A DNA stretch of 64,000 nucleotides from Somniosus microcephalus. Lineage: Eukaryota. Below the pieces are notes generated by a model. It saw only the letters and a list, made by a program, of their open reading frames with translations, made no database searches and was not told the DNA's origin. This document shows, in pieces, positions 26,963 to 39,495 of this stretch (position 1 is its first letter; each line of letters opens with the position of its first letter). The translations under genes were made by a program, and so were the position numbers. Location of the stretch: positions 67,394,001 to 67,458,000 of the forward strand of contig CM126210.1 of assembly GCA_052327205.1 (NCBI GenBank), in the 5' to 3' direction.

Positions 26963-27531
26963 GTGGCGACGAGTCTGATCGTACCTAGCGGCAGTTTTGC
27001 ATCCAAGGAAGCTTCGTCCTCAGAACGGGCGTCGAAAAGGGGCATCCGCCCTCAACATCCTGCTGAGCACTGCATCGCATGGGAGGCCATCGGGAACCCG
27101 GGTTGGTTTGCTGGCCACGAAGTCCACCATCAGCAACAGGCAGTGATCATCCCTTCTACGACAGCGGCGGGTAAGCCCGATCGAGCGGCACGGAGCGGAA
27201 GTCGGCCGAGTTGTCAGTGGGAGAAGGGGAGGGAAACCGAAGAAAAGGGCGGAGAACACGACCGCAGCCAGTGTCAGGGGCTGGACTGCAATCGGGGCAG
27301 AGACGCGCAGCAGCCAGAAAAGCGTTGATGTCCACGAGGACTGCGGGAGCGGCGGGGAACAAGAGCAGCAGCGTCGGGGGAAATAAAGGACCGCTGGGAG
27401 GCAAGAACGGCAACAGCGCGGTAATCGCCATTTTTAGTCGGCGGGGGAAGAAGACAAGCGCGGGAAAAGCCGCCAAGCGCGGGAAGCCGCCATTTTGAAT
27501 AATAAAATAAAATAAAGGAAACTCAATAAGG

Positions 27532-30500
27532 ATGCCAAAAATGGGTAACATCACTGCTTTTGATAGCGATGTGGAAGATTGGGCCACTTATGTGGAACGC
27601 GTTGAAGTTTACTGTACAGCGAATGAGATACCGGTGGATAAGAAAGCACTAACCCTATTAAACTCGATGGGTGCGAAGACGTACGGGTTATTAAGGCACC
27701 TTGTAACACCAGATAAACCAGTAGGAAAGAGTTTCGCGGATATTGTTACTATCCTGCAAGAGCATTTAAACCCCACGCCGCTGCTGATAGCGGAACGATT
27801 TAAATTTTACAAAAGAATTCAGCTTAAAGAGGAAAGAAACGCTTAATTCTTAATCGAACTGCGCAAGTTATCAAAGTACTGTCAGTTCGGTACAGGACTA
27901 GCAGACGCTCTGAGAGATAAGTTTGTGTGTGGGCTACTAAGGGAAGGAACCCAGAAGCGACTGCTAGAGGAAAAGGATCTTACGCTGGACAAAGCTTTCA
28001 GCATTGCAGCATCGCACGAGGCAGCAGCACGAGGCACTGCAGAAATGCAGCAAAGGCCATTGGAATTCAGCACCAATGAAATGGCATTGGGCGCAGTAAA
28101 GTGCTATCGTTGCGGAAGGACAACGCATGACCAGAACCAGTGCTGGTTCAAAGATAAGGAATGCAGGCAATGTGGCAAACTTGGTCACATAGCGAGAGTA
28201 TGCCGGTCAGGAAAGAAGACCAGCAGCAAAAAGTTGCCGCAGGAGAAGTACAAAGAAGTACACAAGGTGACAGAGAACAGTTCGGATGAACAGAAGACGG
28301 ATTCAGACTCCAGCAGTAAGGAACTGGGTTGTCTAAAAATACATAATGTGGGTAACACAGCAGACCACCAAACTATCTGGGTCATGCTTCGGATAGCAGG
28401 AGTCCAAGTGAAGATGGAATTGGACACTGGATCGGCATTGACGGTCATGAATAAGCAAGATTACAAAAGGTTATTCTCACACATTCCCCTGAGGGATACG
28501 GAGATTGTATTGAAAACATACACGGGGCAAAGAGTATACCCCATTGGAAAAATAGAGGTAAAGGTGGTCTACAATGGTAAAAAAAGTCAGGAAATGGACT
28601 TGTATGTGTTACCTGAGGGAGGTCCGCCACTACTGGGGCGGGAATGGATCCGCAGAATAAATGTGGACTGGCATTCCTTACAAGCACTAACTGTAGATTC
28701 CTGTAAAGAGGACGACGTCAAGCCTTAAACGACTGTCCAAAATATTGGACGATGCTAAGGAGGTGTTCCAACAGGGACTGGGAACACTGAAAGGAATTAC
28801 GGCAAACATCAAGGTTGAAGAACATGCAAACCCAAAATTTTTCAAAGCCAGACCGGTACCTTATGCGATACGACCTGCTGTGGAAGCAGAGCTGGAAGGG
28901 CTAGAACGTTCAGGAGTACTGTCAAAGGTGGACTGGAGCGAATGGGCCACACCCCTTGTTCCCATCATGAAGCGTTCGTTGAGCAACAAGCCGGGGGAAC
29001 CTGGGAAGGTTCGCATCTGTGGCGATTTCAAGATCACTGTTAATCCGGTTCTTCGCACGGTGCAATATCCGCTTCCGCGGATTGAGGATATCTTCGCTTC
29101 GCTGTCTGGCGGGAAACACTTCACCAAGATAGACCTGGCGCAGGCGTACCTACAGATGGAAGTTGATGAAGCGTCACGCCAGTATCTCATGATCAACACA
29201 CATAAGGGCTTATATCGGTATAATAGGCTGGTTTTTGGAGTGGCATCGGCTCCAGCGATTTGGCAAAGAGCCATGGAGCAGGTATTGCAGGGAATTCCAG
29301 GCACTCAATGCTACCTGGACGACATTCTGATTACAGGAGATGATGATAAGGAATACCTCGCGAATTTGGAGCAGGTGCTCACCAGATTGAAAGAATATGG
29401 ACTCAGAGTTACTCGCCAGAAATGTGAGTTCTTTCAGAAGTGAATCTCGTACTGCGGCCACGTCATTGACCAGGAGGGGCTTCATAAGTCACCTGACAAG
29501 ATCGAAGCTGTTGTGAAAGCTCCCGCTCCGGAAAATGTATCCCAGTTGAGGTCGTTCCTTGGGTTGATTAACTATTACCACAAGTTTCTTCCAAATTTAT
29601 CCTCGGTGCTACACCCGCTGAACGCTCTTTTGCAAATGGGAGTACCATGGAAGTGGAGCGAGGACTGTAAGCGGGCTTTTCAAAAAAGCAAGGCACTGAT
29701 CACCTCTAAGGAAGTGTTGGCTCACTTTAACCCAACGCTGCCTATTTGCTTAGCTTGTGATGCTTCTCCATATGGTATCGGGGCAGTGCTCTCACATATG
29801 TTGCCAAATGGCGTGGAAAGGCCAGTCGCGTTCGCATCCAGATCATTGACCTCCGCAGAGCGCAACTATGCTCAGATAGATAGGGAGGCTCTCAGCCTCG
29901 TGTGGGGGGTTAAGGAATTTAACCATTACCTGCAAGGCCAAAAGTTTACGCTGCTGACAGATCACCAGCCGTTGGTTTCCATTTTTAACCCTAAGAAGGG
30001 TGTTCCGGTTATGACGGCGCAGAGGCTTCAGAGATGGTCCCTTTTCCTAGGGGCACATCAATATGATATCGAATTCAAAGGTACAAAGCAACATGGTAAT
30101 GCTGATAGGCTGTCGCGCCTGCCACTACCTACAGCGGAAGAGGCACCGGCAGTTGACCCTGTCGAGATATTTCACTCGACCATCATCGAATGCTTACCAG
30201 TCACCAATGCGAGTATTGAGAGAGAGACCCAAAACGACCCGACACTGTCTCGGGTCTACGATTTGACAGTGAAGGGATGGCCAGTACATGGCGAACCACT
30301 GTTACCTGCATTCTCAGCCAGACGAGAACAGCTGTCCGTCTGTCAAGGAACATTGATGTATGGAACAAGGGTGATTATTCCTCCTAAATTAAGGGGGAGA
30401 GTTCTGAAGGAACTGCATGAAGGTCATCTGGGGGGAGTCAAGATGAAAAGCCTTGCTAGGGCTTATGTGTGGTGGCCAGGTATCGACAAACAAATAGAGG

Positions 30501-31486
30501 ATCTGACTAAAAGCTGCTCAGGGTGCCAAAAAGTTCAAAACACACCTCCAATTGCACTGCTGCATCCGTGGGAATGGCCTTCAACCCCATGGCAACGTGT
30601 GCATATCGACTTTGCAGGTCCATTCATGGATTCCATGTTTTTGATAGCGGTAGATGCACATTCTAAATGGCCAGAAGTGATTAAGATGTCGACCACTACC
30701 TCTGAAAAGACGATCGCAGTTCTAAGAACCATATTTGCAAGGAATGGGTTGCCGGAACAAATATGTTCAGACAACGGGCCACAGTTCGTGTCAGAAGAAT
30801 TCCAGAAATTCATGAAAAAGAATGGGGTGAAACACTATACATCTGCCCCATATCATCCGGCTACCAATGGGTTGGCCGAGAGATTTGTACAAACGTTCAA
30901 AAAGGCGATAAAGGCCATGAGCGAAGACCATGTTCCACTACAACACAAGGTGGACAATTTCCTGATGGCATATCAAAACGCCACGCATGCAGTGACAAAT
31001 CAAAGCCCTGCCATAATGTTCTATAACAGGAGGTTGCGGTCCCGGTTGGATTTGTTAAAACGCAATGTGCGTAGGGAAGTCGAAAACAAGCAATTCCAGC
31101 ACGTAAATAACAAGGCCACTCGGAGTTTCGAAATAGGACAACCAGTGTTGGCCAGGGATTATAGGAATGATAAATGGCAATCCGGAACAATTCGTGCCCG
31201 ACAAGGACCCTTGATGTACACGGTAGACGTTGGTGAGAACGTAATACGACGTCATGCTGACCAACTTGTGGAATCGAGAACAAGGGTCGACCCCATGTCT
31301 ACGGCAGAGACACCAGTTGAAGAAGTTATTGAGCCTGTAGCATCTACCTCAGACTCGAACGTACATGATGATGTTCAATCCATAGGAGATCAAATGGATG
31401 AGTCACCCCAGCAACGAGAACCAGAGACCCCTGAAAGGTGTTATCCGGCCCGGATCAGGAGGCCTCCTCAGAGACTGAATCTTTGA
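27532..31486 (+). pseudogene. Gypsy gag-pol polyprotein with stops at 27844 and 29441 and a frameshift near 28725
   Basis: Two CCHC knuckles (CYRCG..H....C, CRQCGKLGHIARVC), protease LDTGS, RT YLDD, RNase H CDAS/TDH, integrase HHCC plus HIDFAGP/SDNG/NGLAER. Confidence 0.93.
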
Positions 31487-31570
31487 ACAGTTTTGTGTGA
31501 AAGTTGTATATATGTTATCCATGTTATGTTTAAATTGTGGTGTACACTGTTAAGCTAAAAGGGGAGGAAT

Positions 31571-31803
31571 TGTAGTGTATGTAACCTGTACCACCTTAAG
31601 AGGATACCTTAAGGTGATGGACTACTTTCTGATGGCTCCTGTACATTGTAGTACCGGTGGTGACCACACCGGTATATAAACCCTGTGGAGCAAAGTGTAT
31701 TTCAGTTCAGCCCTGACCCTCAGTTACTAAAGACCTGTTTAAGTATTCTGTAGTCTGTGTCCAGTTATTCAGCATAACTACATTTGAAAGCACAGACTCA
31801 ACA
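31571..31803 (+). repeat. 3' LTR
   Basis: Follows the PPT and is identical by eye to the 5' LTR. Confidence 0.97.
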
Positions 31804-32002
31804 CTAAACCACTCCGCCTCTCTCGCCTCCTCTTAAGACACTCCTTAAAATCTAACTGCTTGACCATGCTTTTGGTTACCTGTTGTAATATCTCCTTATG
31901 TGGCTCGGTGTCAAATTTTGTCTGATAACACTCCTGTGAAGCACTTTGGGATGTTTTACTACATTAAAGACGCAATATAAAGACACATTGTTGTTGTTGT
32001 TT

Positions 32003-32300
32003 TACTTGGCTCCCAGCAGTTCATTAGTGTGACCAGAGGTTGTATATCATTCATCCCAACCTCCTTCTCTCCAACAGGGGCCTGGGAGCTAGGAGTCAAG
32101 CTATTGTTTACTGTGTTAAAGTTGACACCATAATCACGGAGATAAGAATCCACAACGACACTGAGAGATTATAAATTGTTACACTAAAGTCAAGAACATC
32201 AGAGGTTTATTAAAAAGACTTAAATTTATATAGCGCCTTTCACGACCTCAAATGTCCCACAGCGCTTTACAACCAATGAAGTACTTTTTTGTAGTGTAGA
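32003..32300 (+). repeat. Right arm (outer part) of the inverted duplication
   Basis: Reverse complement of about 22850-23150, more diverged than the inner part. Confidence 0.88.
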
Positions 32301-32597
32301 CAATGTAGACAGCAGCCAATTTGCACACAGCAAGGTCCCACAAACAGTAATGAAATAATGACCAGATAATCTGTGTTATGTTGATTGAGGGATAAATATT
32401 GGCCAGCACACCTGGGAGAACTCCCATGCTCTTCTTCGAAATATTGCCATGGGATTTTTTACATCCACCTGAGAGAGCAGCTGGGGTCTCGCTTTAACGT
32501 CTCATCCCCTTAGTACTACACTGAGAGTGTTAGCCTGGATTTTGTGCTCAAGTCTCTGGAGTGGAACTTCAACCCACAACCTTCTGACTCCGAGGCG
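32210..32597 (-). mobile_element. DeuSINE copy
   Basis: Tail, Deu core and B-box region on -. Confidence 0.8.
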
Positions 32598-33015
32598 GGT
32601 TTCTCTTCATTAGAGTTTCCCTTTGGTGTAGTTACCATCTGATTCCACCTCTCCCCATGCAACGCATGGTATGTTCCTCCAGTATCGATGAGAGTTGCCT
32701 GTTGCCAAGGTGACTGCTCATGAGGGTCATGTCTGCGTATTTGCCTGACTGCTATTGGCCAGTTTGGTCAGGAGATGACCAATGTGAAAAAAAATAGCAA
32801 AGGTTTATACGCTGTGTTGTTTCTGCAGTGCATCTGCAGTAAAAGTCAAAGGATTTTTTTTTATTGTGAACCAAAATGTTTAAAACACACCTTGCTGACA
32901 CAACACACACTTTTTTTTTCCAGATGTAAAGAGCTAACATAAATGGGACAGGGAGCTCAGGTATCTTATTGCTGGTTGGAAGTTCAAAGTAAAGTCATAC
33001 TCACACTCAGTTATT

Positions 33016-33774
33016 GGCCCGGATTTTGTGTTGAGAATAACGGTGAGGCTATCAGCGCTCAATGTTATTATGGAGTAAATCGGACAGCAACTTCTGGCGT
33101 CCACACATGCGCAGTAAAATGTGGAAATCTGGAAGTTGCTGTCCGATTTACCCTGCTCCTCCACAAGCTGCTCTATACTGGTACCTCATCTATAGACTTG
33201 GCATTGAAATACATGTAAGGGTGTGAAGTTATGGGACTTACCCACTAGTTGCCTACTAAACACGGCAGAAAAAGTTTGGGCTTGTCTATTCAAGTGTAAG
33301 TGAATTTTTAACGATGTGATAAGTCTTAATTACTGCCAAACAACCTCTCTGCACTGAAAATGAACTTTTACAAGTGTGGAGTCTCATTCCTTCAGATTTT
33401 AATTATTGTTGGAGATTTTAAAAAATTATTCTTTTTTTTTACTTTCTTTCTTTCTCTCTTAATCCCATATTTATTTCCCTCTCTTTATTTCACTTTCTGT
33501 ACATGATTTTACATTGAATTAAATCTAATTTACACTTCCTGGTTTAGACTCTGCGTGTCTCAGTGAGGATTCTTCAATCTGATTGGTTGAGGAGACACGC
33601 TGTTGCTTTTCCTGCTCACACACGCCACAGATCCCCTGTAGAGGGCGCCATGCTGGAAATTATCTCTAGAAACCTCAAGTTGTCGCTCAAAAGGCCGCAA
33701 AAAGTCTATGGGCAGCTGTCAGCGTAATGAATGGCAAGCACCATTTATTCACCGCTGACCGCAAAATCCAAGCC
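33016..33774. mobile_element. Harbinger-like MITE
   Basis: TIRs ggcccggattttg / caaaatccaagcc with TSD ATT. A related inverted copy lies at 48937-50249. Confidence 0.8.
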
Positions 33775-33814
33775 ATTCTGTAAAGAACAGAAAGCAGGAC
33801 ATATATTCATCATC

Positions 33815-34110
33815 ATTGGGTCAAAACCCTGGAACTCCCAACCTAACAGCACTGTGTGAGTACCTTCACCACGTGGACTACAGCGGTTCAAGAATTACAT
33901 AGAATGTACAGCACAGAAACTGTCCATTCGGCCCAACTGGTCTATACCGGTGTTTCTGCTCCACACGAGCCTCCTCCCACCCCTCTACATCTCACCCTAT
34001 CAGCATATCAAGAAGAAGGGCCACCACCACCTTCTCAAGGGCAACTAGGATGGGCAATAAATGCCGGCCTTGCCAGCGACGCCCACATCCCCAGAATGAA
34101 TATATTTAAA
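33815..34110. mobile_element. LINE/SINE 3' end fragment (+) with a nested CR1 tail (about 33895-34007, -)
   Basis: Ends in AATAAA...gaatgaata. The nested CR1 tail is flanked by a tcaagaa duplication. Confidence 0.6.
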
Positions 34111-34336
34111 AAAGTGATTTCCTATATTTATTTTTATATTCATTGATTTGAGAACAAGAGTCAGGAAATGAGATCGGTTTGTGGTCAGATTTTATTTTGG
34201 TATAAGTGGAAATCCCCAGGTCTTGATCAGAAGGTGGCCAGGCTTAGCTCTAGTTTCCAGTGTGCCATTTCCCATGGTGCCTTAGGGTTGACAATCTCAG
34301 GCAGCTGATATCAAAACCTTCAGAGATAGAGACAAG

Positions 34337-35039
34337 GGCCTAGAAATTGAGTTGGCGCCGCGCCAGGGCTTTAGCGCCGGAAATTTAGCGCCGGCGCTAA
34401 GTCCCCCTGCGCGCGCCAAAGATTCAGTAGCGCCGCGCCCAGACGGCTGCCGGAGCTACTGGCGGGCGTGAGCGCCTCCCAATGGGCGCTGACTGCCGCA
34501 TTGCAGCGCTAATCCGGCGCTGCGGGACCCGATGCGGTGCGGCAGGCTGGGGAAGTGCAGGCCTCCTCCTTCAGTTAAGGAGGAGCTGCCTGCACCCGCC
34601 CGCTGTCCATTCAAATATTGAAAAAAATGAGCCCGGCACCTCGGACAAGTGCCGGGCTTGCAGGCCAGACGCATCTGTTCCGCGGGGGGGGGGGGGGTGG
34701 AGGAGTCCGGGGAGGGAGGTGCGGGCAGGCGGCCGGCGGGAAAGCGGCCGGCCGCCGCGCGACCTTAATGCGCCAGCGCTAACTCGGGGAAGACTCGGTT
34801 GAAAAAATCTTAGTTGCGGCTGCCACGGGCGAGGCGGCCGCAACTCAATTTCGGCGCTGGGGCCCGTCACCACGGCAACCGGGACGCTGCGCACACTGAT
34901 GACGTCATCGGTGCCGGCGCAGCGCAACCGGTCTACCGCCGATTCTAGGGCCCCAGGGAATTTCTAAACTGGCCATAACTCCGGCGCTAGGCCCTCTAGC
35001 GCCTCAAATGCGGCGCTAAGGCTACTCAATTTCTAGGCC
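34337..35039. mobile_element. CpG-rich Harbinger-like MITE
   Basis: Perfect TIRs GGCCTAGAAATTGAG / CTCAATTTCTAGGCC with TSD AAG. Confidence 0.9.
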
Positions 35040-35124
35040 AAGATATCTCCCAATTCATACGCAGTGCCGGTTAACTGTTTTTGCAGTCCTGTTATGTGCT
35101 CCATGCTTGGTAACTATGCAGTTC

Positions 35125-35497
35125 GCCCCTCCCTATCTCTGTACCTTCCTCCAGTCCTACAACCCTCCTTCTCTCTGTAACCTCCTCCCGTGTCACAACC
35201 CTCCAAGATCTCTGTGCTCCCCCAATTCTGGCCTTTTGCGCATCCCCGATTTTCATCGCTCCACCATTGGTGGCTGTGCCTTCAGCTGCCGAGGCCCTAA
35301 ACTCTAGCATTCTCTCCCTAAATCGCTCTGCCTCTCTAACTCTCTGTCCTCCTTTAAGATGCACCTTAAAACCTATCTCTACCTGTCCTAATATCTCCTC
35401 ATGTGGCTCGGTGTCAAATTTTGTTTGATAACCCTCCTGTGAAGTGCCTTGTGATGTTTTCCTACATTAATGGTGCTGTATAAATGCAAGTTGTTGT
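35125..35497 (+). mobile_element. L2 3' fragment
   Basis: Matches the other L2 3' ends and carries a TTG tail. Confidence 0.8.
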
Positions 35498-36249
35498 TAT
35501 ATACTGATATGCAACGACAGTCTTTTTGTTTGGATCCGCTCCTATTCACTTGAAAGCACAGAATGAGAGCTTAACTTTGCTGCCAGCGTCTCAGAATTAT
35601 TTATTATTAAGAGAATGACTATTTCCCAGATACCCACTCAACAAATCTCGCGGCTGTGGAACCAGCTGGAAATCCCATTCAACATTAATGGTGTGAATCA
35701 CACACATCGGAACATGAAACAAATAACCAGAGGAGATGGTTCTATGAAGGGCCTTGTGTTGCCAAGGGAACAGTGACGCAAGTGTGTTCCACTTCTACTG
35801 GCTGGCAAGCTGCCAGGCTCTGCTCTCTTTAACCGATTACTGGAGTAATGCCTAATCCCCGTCTAGATTTAACCTTCCTGTGTCTGCCACCTCCGATTCA
35901 AAACACGAAGCAGTCAAGAGTGATGTCCTTTACAGGCAGGTCGTGAGCTGGCAAGCTGGGCCGTTAAAAGGAAAAGAAATTAAAACACATCCACCGTCTG
36001 AACACGCTAGCGCACCAGTAAGTGGGTCACAGACAAGGAGGACATCTCAAAGGTGGAGGGTGGGGAGGGCGGGGGGGGTGGTGAGTGGATGGAACAAAAC
36101 AGCATGTCTCTTTACTTTATCTTTTGCCTGCCTTGGTTCGATTTTTAAAGCCATCCATCCTGCTCCAGGTGCCTCATCCGTGAGCTGACAATTTCCCTCT
36201 CCATCACTTCCCAGAGCAAGGCCAAGCCTGCATTTTATTCTCACTGTGG

Positions 36250-36455
36250 GAATACGGTACATATTGGGGAGACAGTTTCAGATTTCCACCACCCTTTGTG
36301 TGAAGAAGTGCTTCCTGACATCAACCCTGAATGGCCCAGCTCTAATTTTAAGGTTATGCCCCCTTGTTCTGGACTCCCCCACCAGAGGAAATAGTTTCTC
36401 TCTCTCTACCCAATCAACTCCTTTAATCATCTTAAACACTTTGATTAGATCAGCC
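36250..36455 (-). mobile_element. CR1 ORF2 C-terminal fragment
   Basis: RTRGHNLKI...KHFFTQRVV coding on -. Confidence 0.75.
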
Positions 36456-36804
36456 CTTCCTTATCTTCCAGCGAGGGAAAGGACCTGGTTTCACTTGATG
36501 GTGAGTTGACAGTTGCCCAGGAGCTTTTTCAGTCAGTCACGCCCACATCTTTAATTGAATGTCCCACAAGCAAACCGAAAGCAACATACATCACATGGCT
36601 GCAGCGCAGTACTGACACAGAATTGGGAGGCCCGTGTTTCCTGAGTTTCTCTTTGTTCTGCAGTGTGCATTGCGATTAAAGTCAAATTCAAAATTGATGA
36701 TGAATTTAGACAAGACATGGGTTGGAGGATTGCCATGCAGTTCCTGGAATTCTATTATAGGATGAATACTTGAGCCATCAAAAGGAGACAGTGAATATTC
36801 ACTA

Positions 36805-36993
36805 GCATTCCCTGCCCAAACCTCTGCGCTTCTCTCTCCTGCTTTAAGATGCTCCTTAAAACCTACCTCTTCTTGTCCTAATATCTCCTTACGTGGCTCA
36901 GTTCCAAATTTTTGTCTGCTAACACTCCTGTGAAACGCCTTGGGACATTTTACTATGTTAAGGATGCTATATAAACTCAAGTTGTTGTTGTTG
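36805..36993 (+). mobile_element. L2 3' fragment
   Basis: L2 3' UTR consensus plus (TTG)n. Confidence 0.75.
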
Positions 36994-37029
36994 TACAATG
37001 ATTCCAGGAATTAGATAATTCTGAAGAAT

Positions 37030-37575
37030 TGCTCAAGAAGTTAGGGTTCTTTTCCCCACTGGATTTCAGAAGGTTATGGAGAGAAGTATTCCAGGTTTTC
37101 AAAATGATGAAAAAGTATTGAGTGGGTAAATAAAGAAAAAGACTTATATATTTATATAGTGCCTTTCAAGACCTCAGGAGGTGCCATAGCGTTTTACAGC
37201 CAATGAAGTTCTTTTGAAGTGTAGTCGCTGTTGTAATGTAGGAAACGCGGCAGCCAATTTGCTCCCACAAAGATGGTTTCCACTCATTGAATTGATAACA
37301 ATGTGTTCATAGCTCAGACCAAGGATTCTCATGGAAAGAATGAAGAGGAAAGTTTTTTCTCACAGAGAAAGTTCATCGTGTGTGGATTGCTTTACCACGA
37401 GCAGTCATGGAAGCAGAGATTCTGACTGACATCATTTAAATGGAATTAGAGAAGTATTTGCAAAGGAAGAATATGGAAGGATTCGGCTAGAGCGCAGGGA
37501 AATGGGATTAGAGTAGTCAGCCCCAGTTAAAGAGCTATCATCATCCTGGTACGATGGGCTAAATGGCCACCTCGA
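37030..37575 (+). mobile_element. Old CR1 3' fragment interrupted by a DeuSINE tail (37135-37270, -)
   Basis: Degenerate C-terminal CR1 motifs and the gggctaaatggcc 3' hairpin region. Confidence 0.6.
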
Positions 37576-37972
37576 TATGATGCTATAGAGGCTCTTCACC
37601 AACACTAAGCTTGTAGTATGAATGCTCTATTATTGGCCCAGTTCCTAGAAGGCAAAATCAGCCCTAATTAATCACTAATTGGCAATCTGACGCAGACAAG
37701 CCTCAGAATAGCCTTGTAGGAAATAGAGAACATTACACGGGTGCAGCAAAGATGCTATTCTGAAGTTCAGACATATTTGGGTTGAAATGATTGCCTTTGC
37801 CCAACCTTAGTGATGAATGTAGATATATTTTTAAATAATGATTGTGAAAGTGCTAATGGACAATTTGCCTGAGTACAGTGCTGAGCTGAGCATTCCTACT
37901 CTTTCCAAAATGGATGATGAATGAATCTCACTGAGAAAGAAGGAGAAAAACCACTTGGATTTAAGATACATT

Positions 37973-38680
37973 GGCCTAGAAATTTGGTGGAGCCCCAAAC
38001 GGGGCACCAAGCTCGCCTGGGCGCCGGAATTACCGCTGCGAACAGAGCCGTTGCGTCCGCAGGAAATTCAGTTTGAGTGCCCCAAGAGGGACGCGGGGCG
38101 CTGCTCGAGGTGCCCCGCGTCGCTCTTGGGGCGCTGAAACTGAATATTGCAGCACAACGTGCCGCAGCACCACACGCTGCAGCACGGCGTGCTGCAGTAC
38201 TGCAGGCCTTCCTCCCCTTCTTAAGGAGGAGGGGCCTGCACCAGCGCGATGACCGATCGCGAGTGCTGGCAAAAGAGCCCGGCACCGAGGAGAAGTGCTG
38301 GGCACTCGGGACACAGCTGGCAGTGCCCAGGGGGGGATCAGGAGGCCGGGGACGGAGGTGCTGGCAGGCGGCCACCGAAAAAAATGGCCGCCCAGCACCT
38401 CCACCTTAATTTGCGCCACTACCGCCACAGGTAGGCCCCGTGAACCAGGCGCGATTTGCGACCGGCGTTACAGAGGCGGGCGCGACCAAATATCGCGATC
38501 GGGGCGGTAGCGGGGCGCTGCGCACACCGATGATGTCATCGGTGGCGGCGCAGTGCTACAGGCTAACGCCGCCATTAGCGCCCCGCTAAATATCGCGGGA
38601 GGCGCGGCCAGTGGCGCTAAAGCCACTGAGTGCCCTCTTTAGGTGCTAACTGGTGGCACAGCCCACCAAATTTCTAGGCC
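37973..38680. mobile_element. CpG-rich Harbinger-like MITE
   Basis: Perfect 18-bp TIRs GGCCTAGAAATTTGGTGG / CCACCAAATTTCTAGGCC with TSD ATT. It shares the internal palindrome ccgatga.gtcatcgg with 34337-35039. Confidence 0.9.
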
Positions 38681-38704
38681 ATTAAGACCATTCATGAGAA
38701 ACGT

Positions 38705-39142
38705 GCACAATCGGGAAAGACTGAACAGGCTGGGGCTCATTTCTCCAGGTGACTTAATAGAGGTCTTTAAAATTATGAAGGGGATTGATAGGGTAGACGT
38801 AGAGCGAATGTTTCCTCTTTTGGGGAGACCAAAATTAGTTGCCGTAAATATAAGATGGTCACTAATAAATCCAATAAGGAATTTAGGAGAAACTTCTTTA
38901 CCCAGAGTGTGGTAAGAATGTGGAGGGTGGTTGAGTGATTCAGGGGGTGGTTGAGGCGAATGTTATAGATCCATTTAAGGGGAAGCTGGATAAACACAAG
39001 AGGGAGAAAGGAATAGAAGGATATGCTGATAGGGTGGGATGAAGAGGGGTGTGAGGAGGCTCGTGTGGAGCAGAAACCAGCATGGACCAGTTGGGCCGAA
39101 TGGCCTGTTTCTATGCTGTAAATTCGATGTAATTCTATGTAA
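38705..39142 (+). mobile_element. CR1 3' end
   Basis: ERLNRLGL...GDLIEVFKIMKG coding followed by a (ATTCTATGTA)-like tail. Confidence 0.85.
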
Positions 39143-39495
39143 TTGTGCAGCGTTGGAGGGAGGGTCTTTGAGAAGTGTGTATTTAAGGCCAAGTTGGACT
39201 TGAAGTTAACTTTGTGAATGGGAGGATCTGAAGCGTTACCACAGCAGTAAGGAGCACAGACTTAGTGACCAAGCCCAGGTCTCTCTTGGCGGAGGAGGCT
39301 TAGTAGAGCAGAAGGTTCACAAGTCGCGGCTGGAATGACCCCCGTGTGGTGGGCAAACCCTCAACAGGGATGTCTGCCTGAGCATGGAGGAAGTGCCTTG
39401 CCTCGGAGTGGGGGGTTGGGGTGTTGCGCTTAGATGCGGCAAAGCGGCTTTGACTGAGGTCATCTGATCCATAAAGGCTTTAGGGTCGATCAACT

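Larger units (their letters stand above)
26730..31803 (+). mobile_element. Full-length Ty3/Gypsy LTR retrotransposon, Mag-like clade
   Basis: Two 233-bp TG...CA LTRs, TSD CTAAAC, PBS TGGCGACGAG (complementary to the tRNA-Ser 3' end), PPT AAAAGGGGAGGAA, and gag-PR-RT-RH-IN order. Confidence 0.97.
26618..32002 (+). mobile_element. L2 3' fragment (26618-26729 plus 31804-32002) split by the Gypsy element
   Basis: Removing the Gypsy element and one TSD restores ccctccctaaacc.ctccgcctc...(TTG)n. Confidence 0.85.

Noticed and set aside
28715-28745. Programmed +1 frameshift at CCT TAA in the Gypsy element
   Set aside because: It lies between protease and RT rather than at the gag-pol boundary, and the element has other nonsense lesions. 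A mutation is the simpler explanation.
34337-38680. CpG islands marking host gene promoters
   Set aside because: Both GC-rich blocks are bounded by TIRs and TSDs, so they are MITEs.
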